Positions 39,942 through 51,457 of a stretch of DNA of 64,000 nucleotides are shown here, piece by piece. This DNA comes from Octopus sinensis (lineage: Eukaryota). The first letter of the stretch is position 1. Every line of letters starts with the position of its first letter. The translations under genes were made by a program, and so were the position numbers. The notes below the pieces were generated by a model, which worked only from the letters and a program-made list of their open reading frames with translations, was not told the DNA's origin and did no database searches. Location of the stretch: assembly GCF_006345805.1 (NCBI RefSeq), contig NC_043022.1, positions 4,588,001 through 4,652,000 of the forward strand. Direction: 5' to 3'.

Positions 39942-40161
39942 CATAAATGCCTCACACTATGAGGGACTCTTAGAGTCAAAACTATGATAATAAACACATT
40001 GTACTGAACGCGAGGGAATGCAATAATTATGAAATCATATGATCTGCGGCTGAATCTGTTTTTAAGGAGCTTTGCTTTGAGAGTTGTATTCCCTTGCATT
40101 CGTCACAATGTGTTTATTAAGTCTTGACTTTAAGAGTCCCTCGTGACATGAGGCATTTATG
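39942..40161. mobile_element. Tc1/mariner-type MITE (TA flanks, ~80-bp imperfect TIRs)
   Basis: TA-cataaatgcctca…gagggactctta / taagagtccctc…tgaggcatttatg-TA. Confidence 0.75.
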
Positions 40162-40519
40162 TATAGTAAATATATTTAAAGGGAAACATTTAAAAAATTT
40201 TTCCTTATGAATCTTGACTAAAAGTTTTAGACATTCACACACACACACACACACACCACACACACACACACACACATTTGTGGCCAAAATTTTGGAACAT
40301 TTTTTTCAAAATTAAAATTGTTGTGCTCAAGTACAATTTGATTCAAATAAATACAATGTATATTAATATATAATATAAAATATAAAAATTCTAATTTACA
40401 GATTTATGTTCCAAATTTTGGCCAAGTAATAATATATTGCAAATTAAATATAATTTTGGCCATTTAATATAAAGATATCCCTGTGCCGGAGGCATGTAAA
40501 AAGCACCATCCGAACGTGG

Positions 40520-40748
40520 CCCTAACCCTAACTCTCACCCTAAATCTAAAATAGATTGAAATGCAATAGATCGATATAGGGTTATAATTATGGGTGACAA
40601 TTTCATACGACACCGCTACGGAAAATGGGATTTTTTACTAGCAGTGTCAAATGAAAATGTCACCCATAATTATGACCCTAGTATCGATCTATTGCATTTC
40701 AATCTATTTTAGATCTAGGGTTAGAGTTAGGGTTGGTTAGGGTTAGGG
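40520..40748. repeat. Palindrome (~87-bp arms, 44-bp spacer) capped by TTAGGG-like repeats
   Basis: 40520-40606 is approximately the reverse complement of 40651-40748. Confidence 0.85.
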
Positions 40749-41521
40749 GTGGGGGAAGGGTATCTTTTTTTTCTCCACAAATGTAAATAAACCCAATCTG
40801 TTTCTTAAAGGAGGGACATATTCATTATGCACAGAATGTTATTTAGCTAAATGGACTCCAGCGATTGGTTAAAATTGCCGAAATGCAAGAAATTTTAGAC
40901 GAAATATCTTACAACATATAGAATTTTCTCAATAAAGCCATGAGAAAATGATGTTTTATAAACACATTCTACCAGTATACGAAGTTTAAAACTTTTTAGT
41001 TACCTAGAAATTATGTTACAAAGTGCCGTTCAAAAGGAAAAGATCCCAAAACAGTGCCGTTGAAGAGATCGGCGCAAGTGGTCCTTATCCAGCTTCACTT
41101 TGAGTACATCTTTTATGCAGTTGATGGCTTTCCACCCATGACATCTCCTTCTCCATGTCTCAGCGCATATTCACCTCTTGACCGTTTCATTTCCAACATC
41201 TCTTTACATATGTAATGTATAAGAGGTGTGTGCGTGTGTAAGAGCGGATTGCTATTTAACATATACATAGGATCTTCGTTTGTTTATCAATATCGATAAC
41301 GCAGCAAATGATTTCAGCTCAAGTGCTAGCAATTCATTGGTTAAAATTCGAAGAATTAAACTACGTTAAACTTACAAATTACAATTTTCTCAAAAAAGAC
41401 AAGTGAAAATGTTTTCTTTTCACACATTCTACCAGTATACAAACTTTAAAAGTGTCTAGTTAACTAGAAATTCCGTCCATCAAAAGGAAAAGATACCATA
41501 TATATTTAATAGTAAGCATGC

Positions 41522-41587
<66 letters not shown>

Positions 41588-41844
41588 AGTGGAAGGCCGG
41601 TTTATGGGAAAATCTTAGGTTTCTCGTCCATAAAAGGTTTAGCTTCATGGCAGGTCGTCAGATCCCCAAAACACAGAGAAAGAGATAGTGAAAGACACAC
41701 AAACACAGAAACACACATATAGTCACGCATACGCACACACACACGAACACACATATATATATATCACATATACATACATTATCTGTGTATCAATCTATCT
41801 ACAAACGTCTGTGGATGTATCTATGTGTAGAGAGACAGGGGGGG

Positions 41845-41950
41845 AGTGAAACAGACAGACAGAGGGGGAGTTGTAACAGACAGAGAGAGGGGGAGTTGTA
41901 ACAGACAGAGAGAGGGGGAGTTGTAACAGACAGAGAGAGGGGGAGTTGAA
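41845..41950. repeat. 25-bp minisatellite, about 4 units
   Basis: acagacagagagagggggagttgta. Confidence 0.85.
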
Positions 41951-42494
41951 ACTTAACCCAATACATACGTGAGTACAACACACACACACACACAAACACG
42001 CGTGCGCGTTAATTACCACTTGTGAGTGTAAAGAGCTACGACGAGGTAGGAGGTGAAGGTGGAGAAGGAAAAGGAGGAAGAAGGAGGAGGAAGAAGGGGA
42101 GGAGGACGTCGTGGTGGTGGTGGTGATAACTGGTTAGAGATTTCCACATGACTTCTCGCCTTTTAGCAAACATCGTCAGATAACGGAGGTCCTTTAAGGG
42201 CGAATGTGTTTCCATTAAAAGCCTCTTTCCTCCCTGTCAATGACCCCTTCACCCCTTTACCCTGTCGCTATCACTGACACAGTTGCCCCCCCTCTCTCTC
42301 TTCTACACCTCTCACTACTCTTTTGCTTGTACCCCCGAATAATAATAATCTATCGTTGTCACTGGAAAAAGTCAACGCGGCGATGAACAGATAACGAAAT
42401 AACATTGGAGAGAGGATGGCCCACTCTGACGACACACACACACACACACAAACATACATGCTAACCTAAACGAACGTGCACCCACACACATAGG

Positions 42495-43254
42495 TACTTT
42501 TCTACTCCAGGCACAAGGCCCGAAATTTTGGGAGGGGGGCGGGGCAGTCGATTAGTTCGACCCCCGTACGCAAATGGTACTTGATTTATCGACCCCGGAA
42601 AGATGAAAGGCAAAGTCGACCTCGTCGGAAGTTGAACTCAGAATGTAAAGACAGACGAAATACCTATTTCTTTATTACCCACAAGGGGCGAAACACAGAG
42701 GGGACGAACAAGGACAGACAAACGGATTAAGCTGATTATATCGATCCCAGTGCGTAACTGGTACTTATTTAATCAACCCCGAAGGGATGAAAGGCAAAGT
42801 CGACCTCGGCGGAATTTGAACTCTGAACGTAGCGACAGACGAAATACCTATTTCTTTACTACCCACAAGGGGCTAAACACAGAGGGAACAAACAAACGGA
42901 TCAAGTCGATTACATTGACCCCAGTGCGTAACTGGTACTTATTTAATCGACCCCGAAAGGATGAAAGGCAAAGTCGACCTCGGCGGAATTTGAACTCTGA
43001 ACGTAGCGGCAGACGAAATACCTATTTCTTTATTACCCACAAGGGGCGAAACACCGAGAGGACAAACAAGGACAGACAAACGGATTAAGCCGATTATATC
43101 GACCCCAGTGCGTAACTGGTACTTATTTAATCGACCCCAAAAGGATGGAAGGCAAAGTCAACCTCGGCGGAATTTGAACTCAGAACGTAGTGGCAGACAA
43201 AATACCGCTAAGCATTTCGCCCGGCGTGCAAACGATTCTGCCAGCTTGCCGCCT
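42495..43254 (-). mobile_element. Nested SINE-E array: one E1 tail, three E2 units, one head
   Basis: E2 tail joins at gaaatacc|tatttc at 42664, 42848 and 43022. Confidence 0.85.
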
Positions 43255-43455
43255 CGAAACGAAGAAGGGCTGCTCAGGCTCCATTATCTATAGCTCAAAT
43301 TTACAGACAACAAAAGACAAAAAAAGGTGAAGGAACCACAAACAGAATGGAAAAATCTTTGATGTTTTGAGCCTAGACTCTTCAACATATCTATATGTGC
43401 ACACATACACAGATACACACACACACACACACACATACATACATATATATATATA

Positions 43456-43862
43456 TACTCTTTTTTTACTCTTTTACTTGTTTCAGTCATTTGACTGCGG
43501 CCATGCTGGAGCACTGCCTTTAATCGAGCAAATCGACCCTGGGACTTATTCTTTGTAAGCCCAGTACTTATTCTATTGGTCTCTTTTTGCCGAACCGCTA
43601 AGTGATGGGGACGTAAACACACCAAGCAATGCTAGAGAGACAAACACAGACACACAAACATATACACACACATACATATATATACATATACATATATACG
43701 ACAGGCTTCTCTCAGTTTCTATCTACCAAATCCACTCACAAGGCATTGGTCGGCCTGGGGCTATAGCAGAAGACACTTGCCCAAGATGTCACGCAGTGGG
43801 ACTGAACCCGGAACCATGTGGTTGGTTAGCAAGCTACTTACCACACAGCCACTCCTGCGCCT
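43456..43862 (-). mobile_element. SINE-A
   Basis: Consensus match. Confidence 0.9.
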
Positions 43863-44257
43863 ATGTATATATGTATAATACAAAAATGGGACAAGAACAC
43901 AAAGCATCCAGTCAATTAGGTGATACAAAAAAGGGACAACAAAACATCCAGACGATACAAAGAAAACAAGGATGGGGCAGTCGGAGTTTTCTTTCTTCAG
44001 TCGAGTTCCAGATTATCTTTCGGCTGGTTATTCTTGAGATTGCTCCAATCTGGCCAGCCCCAAGGAAAAACTAAGCTAAGAGCATCAAATTCCTTGGAAG
44101 AAAGCAGCGAATGTCTATGAAAACAAAGACAGAAACAAAAACGGAGAAATGGTACACAAATACAAATAACAGGACATTAACAACAGGTGTCTTTCGACTA
44201 AGGACGAATTAAATTTAGCTGGTGTGTGTGTGTGGAAATAAAAATAAACTACAACAT

Positions 44258-44638
44258 GGAAGCACTCCGTCGGTTACGACGACGAGGGTTCCGGTTGATC
44301 CGAATCAACGGAACAGCCTGCTCGTAAAATTAACGTGTAAGTGGCTGAGCACTCCACAGACACGTGTACCCTTAATGTAGTTCTGGGAGATATTCAGCGT
44401 GACACAGAGAGGGACAAGACCGGCCCTTTGAAATACAGGTACAACAGAAACAGGAAGTAAGAGTGAGAGAAAGTTGTGGTGAAAGAGTACAGCAGGGATC
44501 ACCACCAACCCTGCCGGAGCCTCGTGGAGCTTTAGGTATTTTCGCTCAATAAACACACACAACGCCCGGTCTGGGAATCGAAACCGCAATCCTACGACTG
44601 CGAGTCCGCTGCCCTAACCACTGGGCCATTGCGCCTCC
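44258..44638 (-). mobile_element. SINE-B, full length
   Basis: Matches 8599-8975. Confidence 0.85.
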
Positions 44639-44689
44639 TACAACAACATAGGCCGAGGTTCACCACAGTTGTTTCAGAAGCGTTCTTTA

Positions 44690-44898
44690 TTCTTTTCTAT
44701 GAGGCCCAAAATTTTTTGGGGAGAGGGCCAGTCGATTAGATCAACCCCAGTATGCAACTGGTACTTAATTTATCAAACCTGAAAGAATGAAAGCAAAGTC
44801 GACCTCGGTGGAATTTGAACTCAGAACCTAAAGACAGACGAAATACCGCTAAGCATTTCGCCGGGTGTGCTAACAATTCTGCCAGTTCACTGCCTTAA
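44690..44898 (-). mobile_element. SINE-E1
   Basis: Matches 4800-5035. Confidence 0.8.
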
Positions 44899-44954
44899 GA
44901 AGCGTTCTTTATTGATGAAGAAAAGGGTTACATCATACCCCAAAAAATGTTATA

Positions 44955-46432
44955 GAGAGAGAGAGAGAGAGAGACTATTGGATAAACAGTAAGGGACTCT
45001 GTATACAAACATCAAGATAATGACAGACAGACAGACAGGCAGATAGATAGATAGACAGACAGACAGATGGACAAACAGATAGAAAGATAGATAGACAGAT
45101 AGACACACAGACAGATAGATAGATAGACAGATAGACAGGCAGACAGGACAGACAGACAGATGGACAGACAAATAGAAATATAGATAGACAGATAGACACA
45201 CAGACAGATAGATAGACAGATAGACAGGCAGACAGACAGACAGATAGACAGAGAGACAGACAGATGGACAGGCAGATAGAAATATAGATAGATAGACAGA
45301 TAGACACACAGACAGACAGATAGATAGATAGATAGAGATACAGACAGATGGACAGATAGATAGACACATAGACAGGATAGATAGAGGAGAGAGAGAGAGA
45401 GAGATGGAGGTGATATTACAGAATGACAACAACAACAACAACAACACAACAACAACAACAAGACCAGGTCAACAAGATTGAGTGCAATTATTTGTGGTAA
45501 ATGTGTTAAAAGTTGTGAAATTGCCATCAGCCATTAAGCAGTTTGATTACTCAGGGTTATTACTCAGTTACCTATTAATGGGGGAAATTTTATTTGCTGC
45601 AAACCATTGCTCACCTTGCTGGAATGGATTACACTCCACACACACACGGAATTAGTTACTTTTTAACACACACACACACACACACACACAACTGCATGCA
45701 CACACACAAACACACACATATACATATGAATACATACCTACATACACACATAGATACATACATACATACGTACACACACGCATACATATATACATACATG
45801 CATATACACACACATACATACATGCATACATACACACACATATATACATACATGCATATACACATACATACATACATACATGCATACACACACACATACA
45901 TATATACATACATGCATATACACACATACATACATGCATACATACACACACATATATACATACATGCATATACACATACATACATACATACATGCATACA
46001 CACACACATACATATATACATAACATGCATATACACGCACATACATAAATGCAACATACCACACATATTATATATACAGCATATACACACACATACATAC
46101 ATGCATACACACACACATACACATATACATACATGCATATACACGCACATACATACATGCATACATACACACACATATATATATATACATGCATATACAC
46201 ACACATACATACATGCATACACACACACATACATATATACATACATGCATATACACACACATACATACATACACACACATACATACATGCATACACACAC
46301 ACATACATATATACATACATGCATATACACATACATACATACATACACATACATGCATACACACACACACACACACATACATACATGCATATACACACAC
46401 ATACATGTGCATGTATTTAAACACACGCACAC
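44955..46432. repeat. (GACA/GATA)n (44955-45410) and (CATA/CA)n (45660-46432) arrays
   Basis: Direct inspection. Confidence 0.9.
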
Positions 46433-46897
46433 ATTTTTGATGCAATCGCAGCTGTGTGGTAAGGAATTTGCTTCTCAACCGCATGGTTCTGAGTTCAATC
46501 CCATTGTGTGGTACTTTGCACAAGTGTCTTTTACTATAGCCCTGGGCCAACCAAAACCTTGTGAGTGGATTTGGTAAATGGAAACTGAAAGAAGCCCATC
46601 ATTATGTGTGTGTGTATGTGTGTCCTTCACTACTGCTTGACAACTGGTGTTAGTGTGTTTACATCACTTTAACCTAGCAGTTCAGCTAAAGACACTGATA
46701 AAATATGTCACTGGTTTAAAAAAAAACAAATACTGAGGTCCATTCCTTTGACTAAAAATTCTTCAGTCGTACTCCAGCATGGCCACAGTCTAATGACTGC
46801 AGCAGATAAAAGATAAAAGACATGTATATTCAGATAAATATTTATATACATATATAAATATATATCTGTAAAATAATATGTGACAATTATTCAATAG

Positions 46898-47060
46898 CCG
46901 CAGGAGTGGCTGTGTGGTAAGTAGCTTGCTAACCAACCACATGGTTCCAGGTTCAGTCCCACTGCGTGGCATCTTGGGCAAGTGTCTTCTGCTGCTATGC
47001 CCCGGGCCGACCAATGCCTGTGAGTGGATTTGGTAGACGGAAGCTGAAAGAAGCCTGTCG

Positions 47061-47108
<48 letters not shown>

Positions 47109-47343
47109 GTATGTGAGGTGTTTGTGTGTCTGTGTTTGTCCCCCTAGCATTGCTTGACAACCGATGCTGGTGTGTTTACGTCCCCGTCACTTAGCGGTTC
47201 AGCAAAAAGAGACCGATAGAATAAGTACTAGGCTTACAAAGAATAAGTCCCGGGGTCGATTTGTTCGACTAAAGGCAGTGCTCCAGCATGGCCGCAGTCA
47301 AAATGACTGAAACAAGTGAAAAAGAGTAAAAGCGAAAAGAGAG
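46898..47343 (+). mobile_element. SINE-A inserted in the left arm of a palindrome
   Basis: Consensus match; flanks …caatagcc| and |gagccaagata. An older plus copy lies at 46440-46820. Confidence 0.9.
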
Positions 47344-47560
47344 CCAAGATAAAACTCTGAGTTTCGGATGCCAAGGTGGAAATCCACAACGCCATCTCTT
47401 CAGTTATCTGAGATGGTGGTGTGGATTTCCACCTTGGCATCCGAAACTCAGAGTTTTATCTTGGCTATTGAATAATTGTCACATATCATTTTACAGATAA
47501 ATTTCCTCTATTTACCTAATATTGAGGTCTCTTTCTTTCTTTTGTCATCTTACCGTTTTT
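47342..47560. mobile_element. Inverted Penelope-like pLTR pair (perfect 46-bp hairpin arms)
   Basis: agccaagataaaactctgagtttcggatgccaaggtggaaatccac and its exact reverse complement 33 nt later; the arm continues to match 46864-46899. Confidence 0.65.
47347..47409 (-). ncRNA. Type I hammerhead ribozyme motif
   Basis: AGAUAA-CUGAAGA-[GAUG…GUGG AUUU CCAC…CAUC]-C-GAAACUCAGAGUU/UUAUCU; core intact, 6-bp stem I. Confidence 0.7.
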
Positions 47561-47570
47561 ACCAATATAT

Positions 47571-47977
47571 ATACTCTTTACTCTTTTACTTGTTTCAGTC
47601 ATTTGACTGCGGCCATGCTGGAGCACCACCTTTAATCGAGCAACTCGACCCCGGGACTTATTCTTTTGTAAGCCCAGTACTTATTTTATCGGTCTCTTTT
47701 GCCGAACCGCTAAGTGACGGGGACATAAACACACCAGCATCGGTTGTCAAGCAATGCTAGGGGGACAAATACAGACACACAAACACACACACGCATATAT
47801 ATATACATATATACGATGGGCTTCTTTCAGTTTCCGTCTACCAAATCCACTCACAAGGCTTTGGTCGGCCCAAGGCTATAGTAGAAGACACTTGCCCAAG
47901 GTGCCACGCAGTGGGACTGAACCCGGAACCATGTGGTTGGTAAACAAGCTACTTACCACACAGCCACTCCTGTGCCT
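47571..47977 (-). mobile_element. SINE-A, full length
   Basis: Consensus match. Confidence 0.9.
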
Positions 47978-48232
47978 ATATGTATATATATGGATTAGAA
48001 GCCCTAAGCTGTGATGTCTAGAACTATAAACTTGCTAACTGTTCAAAGATGCATCAAGCTCATTTCAACCGCAAACATGTTTGTTTTTTTTTACATCACT
48101 GCTTAGCGATTCTAATCCACATTTTATTATGAATGAGCATCTGCTTAGCACAACCAATTACTGTACTTTGATTGGAATATACTAAGAGAGGCCTGTTTCT
48201 TGTCAATTCGTAGTGCTGTCTTTCCAGTATCT

Positions 48233-48272
48233 GATGCTGAAGAGGAAATAACTAATTTGAAATGCATACATC
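48233..48272 (+). ncRNA. Decayed minimal hammerhead motif
   Basis: GAUG-CUGAAGA-(weak stem II)-GAAA-UGCA-UA/CAUC. Confidence 0.4.
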
Positions 48273-48325
48273 CATCCGTCAGGGTAAGAGGCATTTGAAA
48301 CTGACTTGGGGATTTTTCACCTATT

Positions 48326-48731
48326 TACTCTTTTACTTGTTTCAGTCATTTGACTGCGGCCATGCTGGAGCACCGCCTTTAGTTGAGCAAATCAACCCCG
48401 GGACTTATTCTTTGTAAGCCCAGTACTTATTCTATCGGTCTCTTTTGCAGAACCGCTAAGTGACGGGGATGTAAACACACCAGCATCGGTTATCAAGTAA
48501 TGCTAGGGGGACAAACACAGACACACAAACACATACACACACATATATATGTATACACACATACATACGACGGGCTTCTTTCAGTTTCTGTCTACCAAAT
48601 CCACTCACAAGGCATTGGTTGGCCCGGGGCTATAGCAGAAGACACTTGCCCAAGATGTCACGCAGTGGGACTGAACCCGGAACCATGTGGTTGGTTAGCA
48701 AGCTACTTACCACACAGCCACTCCTGCGCCT
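48326..48731 (-). mobile_element. SINE-A, full length
   Basis: Consensus match. Confidence 0.9.
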
Positions 48732-48814
48732 ATTTGTCTACAGTCAGACATTTTCTTCATCACAAAATTATGACAAATGGCTTTTTTATGGGTTCAGATA
48801 TGCCTTAGGCATAT

Positions 48815-49160
48815 TTGAACTTGCAGGCAAAGTGGTTGAGCCCTTTTCGAATGTTGGGCCTCACGGAGGCAATGACCAAGACCTTTGGCATAATGTCGTG
48901 CTTGAGAAGAAAACCCATCAAGCTGAACAAAATTGCAGTCATGGCAGATACTGGGGTCATGCAAATGTTGCCAAGTGCAGGTAGTATGCAAAAGCCCCTA
49001 TTACATTGTTGGTGTGGTTGGCATTAGGAAGGGCATCCAGCTGTAGAAACCTTACCAAATCAGACTGGAGTCTGGTGCAGCCTTCCAGCTTACCATCCCT
49101 AGTCAAACCATCCAACCCATGCCAGCATGGACAATGGACATTAAATGATGAGGAGGATGA
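48815..49160 (+). mobile_element. RTE ORF end joined to family-D 3' UTR
   Basis: RMLGLTEAMT/DLWHNVVLEKKTHQAE (as at 15420-15510) continues into gcattaggaagggcatccagc…: links family D to RTE. Confidence 0.65.
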
Positions 49161-49309
49161 TGGCATACAGGCATTGCTGTGTGGTAGGAAGCTTGCATTC
49201 CAGCCACATGGTTCCTGGTTCAGTCCTGGGACATGGCACCTCGGGCAAGTGTCTTCTACTATAGCCTCATTCCTATCAAAGCCTTGAAAGTATATTTGAA
49301 AATGATAAT

Positions 49310-49717
49310 GCAAAGATCCTACAGGATTTTATGATTCAGTGCGACCATGAGATAGAGAATAGGAAACCAGACATAGCGTTATTACCTGACAACAAGGTAT
49401 GTGATAAGGAAGAAAGAAAAGTCGATACATACGAGAGATTAGCTTGGGAGGTTAAGCAGTTGTGATCACTGAAAAAGGTGGTTATAGTACCAATAAATGC
49501 TTGAGACCCGGGAAGAGCGAGTAAAAATCTTGAGAAGTACATGGAACAAATAGGGGCTGCAATAAGGGTGGAGCACTTGCAGAACACAGCACTGCTTGGA
49601 ACCACTCGGTTACTCCGGACGGTGTTCGAAAAATAAGGGGTGTTACCTTAGTTCACTGGTAGTGAACAGCTAGCACTGTAGTACATCTCCAGCGTTAGAA
49701 GCTGTGCAAAGACAATA
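49310..49717 (+). mobile_element. R4/Dong-like LINE 3' fragment
   Basis: KILQDFMIQCDHEIENRKPDI…LEKYMEQIGAAIRVEHLQNTALLGTTRLLRTVFEK*, then (AAT)n. Confidence 0.8.
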
Positions 49718-49964
49718 AATAATAATAATAATAATAATAATAATAATCCTTTCTATTATAGACACAAGGCCTGAAATTTGGGGGAGGGGATGTGTTGGTT
49801 ACATTGACCCTAGTACTCAACTGGTACTTAATTTATCAACCCTGAAAGGATGAAAGGCAAAGTCAACCTTGGTGGAATTTGAACTCAGAATGTTGCAACA
49901 GGTGAAATACCACTAAGCATTTTGTCCAGTCTGCTAACAAATCTGCCAAATCACCATGCTAATA

Positions 49965-50425
49965 ATAATAATAATAATCCTTTCTACTATAGGCACAAAG
50001 CCTGAAATTTTGGGGGAGGGGGCTTGCTGATTACATTGACCCCAGTATTCAACTGGTACTGATTTCATCAACCCCGAAAGGACATAAGACAAAAATCAAC
50101 CACAGTGGAAGTTGAACTCAGAACATAAAGAATGGCAGAATACCTATTTCTTTATTACCCACAAGGGGCTAAACACAGAGGGGACAAACAAGGACAGACA
50201 TAGGTATTAAGTCAATTACATCGACCCCAGTGCGTAACTGGTACTTAATTTATCGACCCCGAAAGGATGAAAGGCAAAGTTGACCTCGGCGGAATTTGAA
50301 CTCAGAACGTAACAGCAGACGAAATACCGCTAAGCATTTCGCCCAGCGTGCTAACGTTTCTGCCAGCTCGCCGAATACCATTAATCATTTTGCCTGGCAT
50401 GCTAACAATTCTGCCAGTTCACCAT
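49965..50425 (-). mobile_element. Old SINE-E1 containing a full young SINE-E2 (50145-50372) with 7-bp TSD
   Basis: GAATACC at 50138-50144 and 50373-50379; the host head resumes at 50380. Confidence 0.85.
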
Positions 50426-50454
50426 TTTTCCTTTGCATAGAATTAGCACAAGTG

Positions 50455-50793
50455 AAGGCACATGGCTCAGTGGTTAGAGCATCATGCTGACAATCATGAG
50501 TTAATGAGTTCAATTCCTGGGCCAGGCTGCGGGTTGTTTTCTTGAGCAAGACACTTTATTTCATGTTGCTCCAGTTCACTCAGCTGAAGAAATGAGTCGT
50601 GATGTCACTGGTGCCAAGGTGTATCGGCCCCTTTGCCTTTCCCTTGGATAACATTGGTGGAACGGAGAGGAGAGGTTGGTAGGCATGGGCGACTGCTGAT
50701 CTTCCATCAACAACCTTGTTTGGACTTGTGCCTTGGAGGGGAACTTTCTGGGTGCAATCCCATGGTCATTCAGGACCGAAGGAGGTCTTTACA

Positions 50794-50826
<33 letters not shown>

Positions 50827-50940
50827 CCCTTGGATAACATTAGAGGCATGGAGAGGAGAGGTTGGTAGGCATGGGCAGCTGCTGGTCTTCCATGAACAAC
50901 CTTGCCCAGACTTGTGGCTCGGAGGGGAACTTTCCTGGGG
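50455..50940 (+). mobile_element. SINE-C full length plus partial tail duplicate
   Basis: Head gaaggcacatggctcagtggttagagc; tail repeated at 50826-50940. Confidence 0.75.
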
Positions 50941-51457
50941 TTCTTTTACTATTAGCACAAATGTAACCCAGCATTCTGCAAACACAATCCAGCAAGCTGA
51001 CACCTTCACATACCTGTGCTGGCCTTGATGAATGTTAATTGGTTGGCTGATTGGTCTACCTGTAAATACCTGCACTCACTTCAAGTAGGCGTCGTAGATA
51101 AAGGTTGATGACTGAACTCAAGTAGGTACACATATTATGCGTCTTATAGATAATACATCACTTAGAAAACATAACCATATCTTAATTCAACAATGTTAAA
51201 TACTTGTCTAATCAAACTAAAAATAAATTCTCATGTCGTTTGGTATCCATGTCGGTCCTTATCAAGCACACGTATTGTACTACGGCTGGATTTGAGGCAT
51301 TTTGACTGTTGTTTCTGGTAAACTGAATGACCACATAGGGTCTTTTGCGTTTGTGTTCCTTGCATGGATGGAAAGTAAATGGAAACTACAGGGGACTACC
51401 ATTAGAATTTCCCTGAAACTTTAGGGATCTCTTTCTAGTAGTATTAAGGCAGCATTA

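Noticed and set aside
40716-40748. Interstitial telomere or chromosome fusion point
   Set aside because: Only a few imperfect TTAGGG units, forming part of a palindrome.
41050-41220. Possible piggyBac transposase remnant (MKRSRGEYALRHGEGDV)
   Set aside because: Similarity is from memory, short and frameshifted; not supportable without a search.
43975-44010. CUGAAGA on the minus strand in a Penelope-like segment
   Set aside because: No GAAA or stem III follows, so a hammerhead cannot be drawn.
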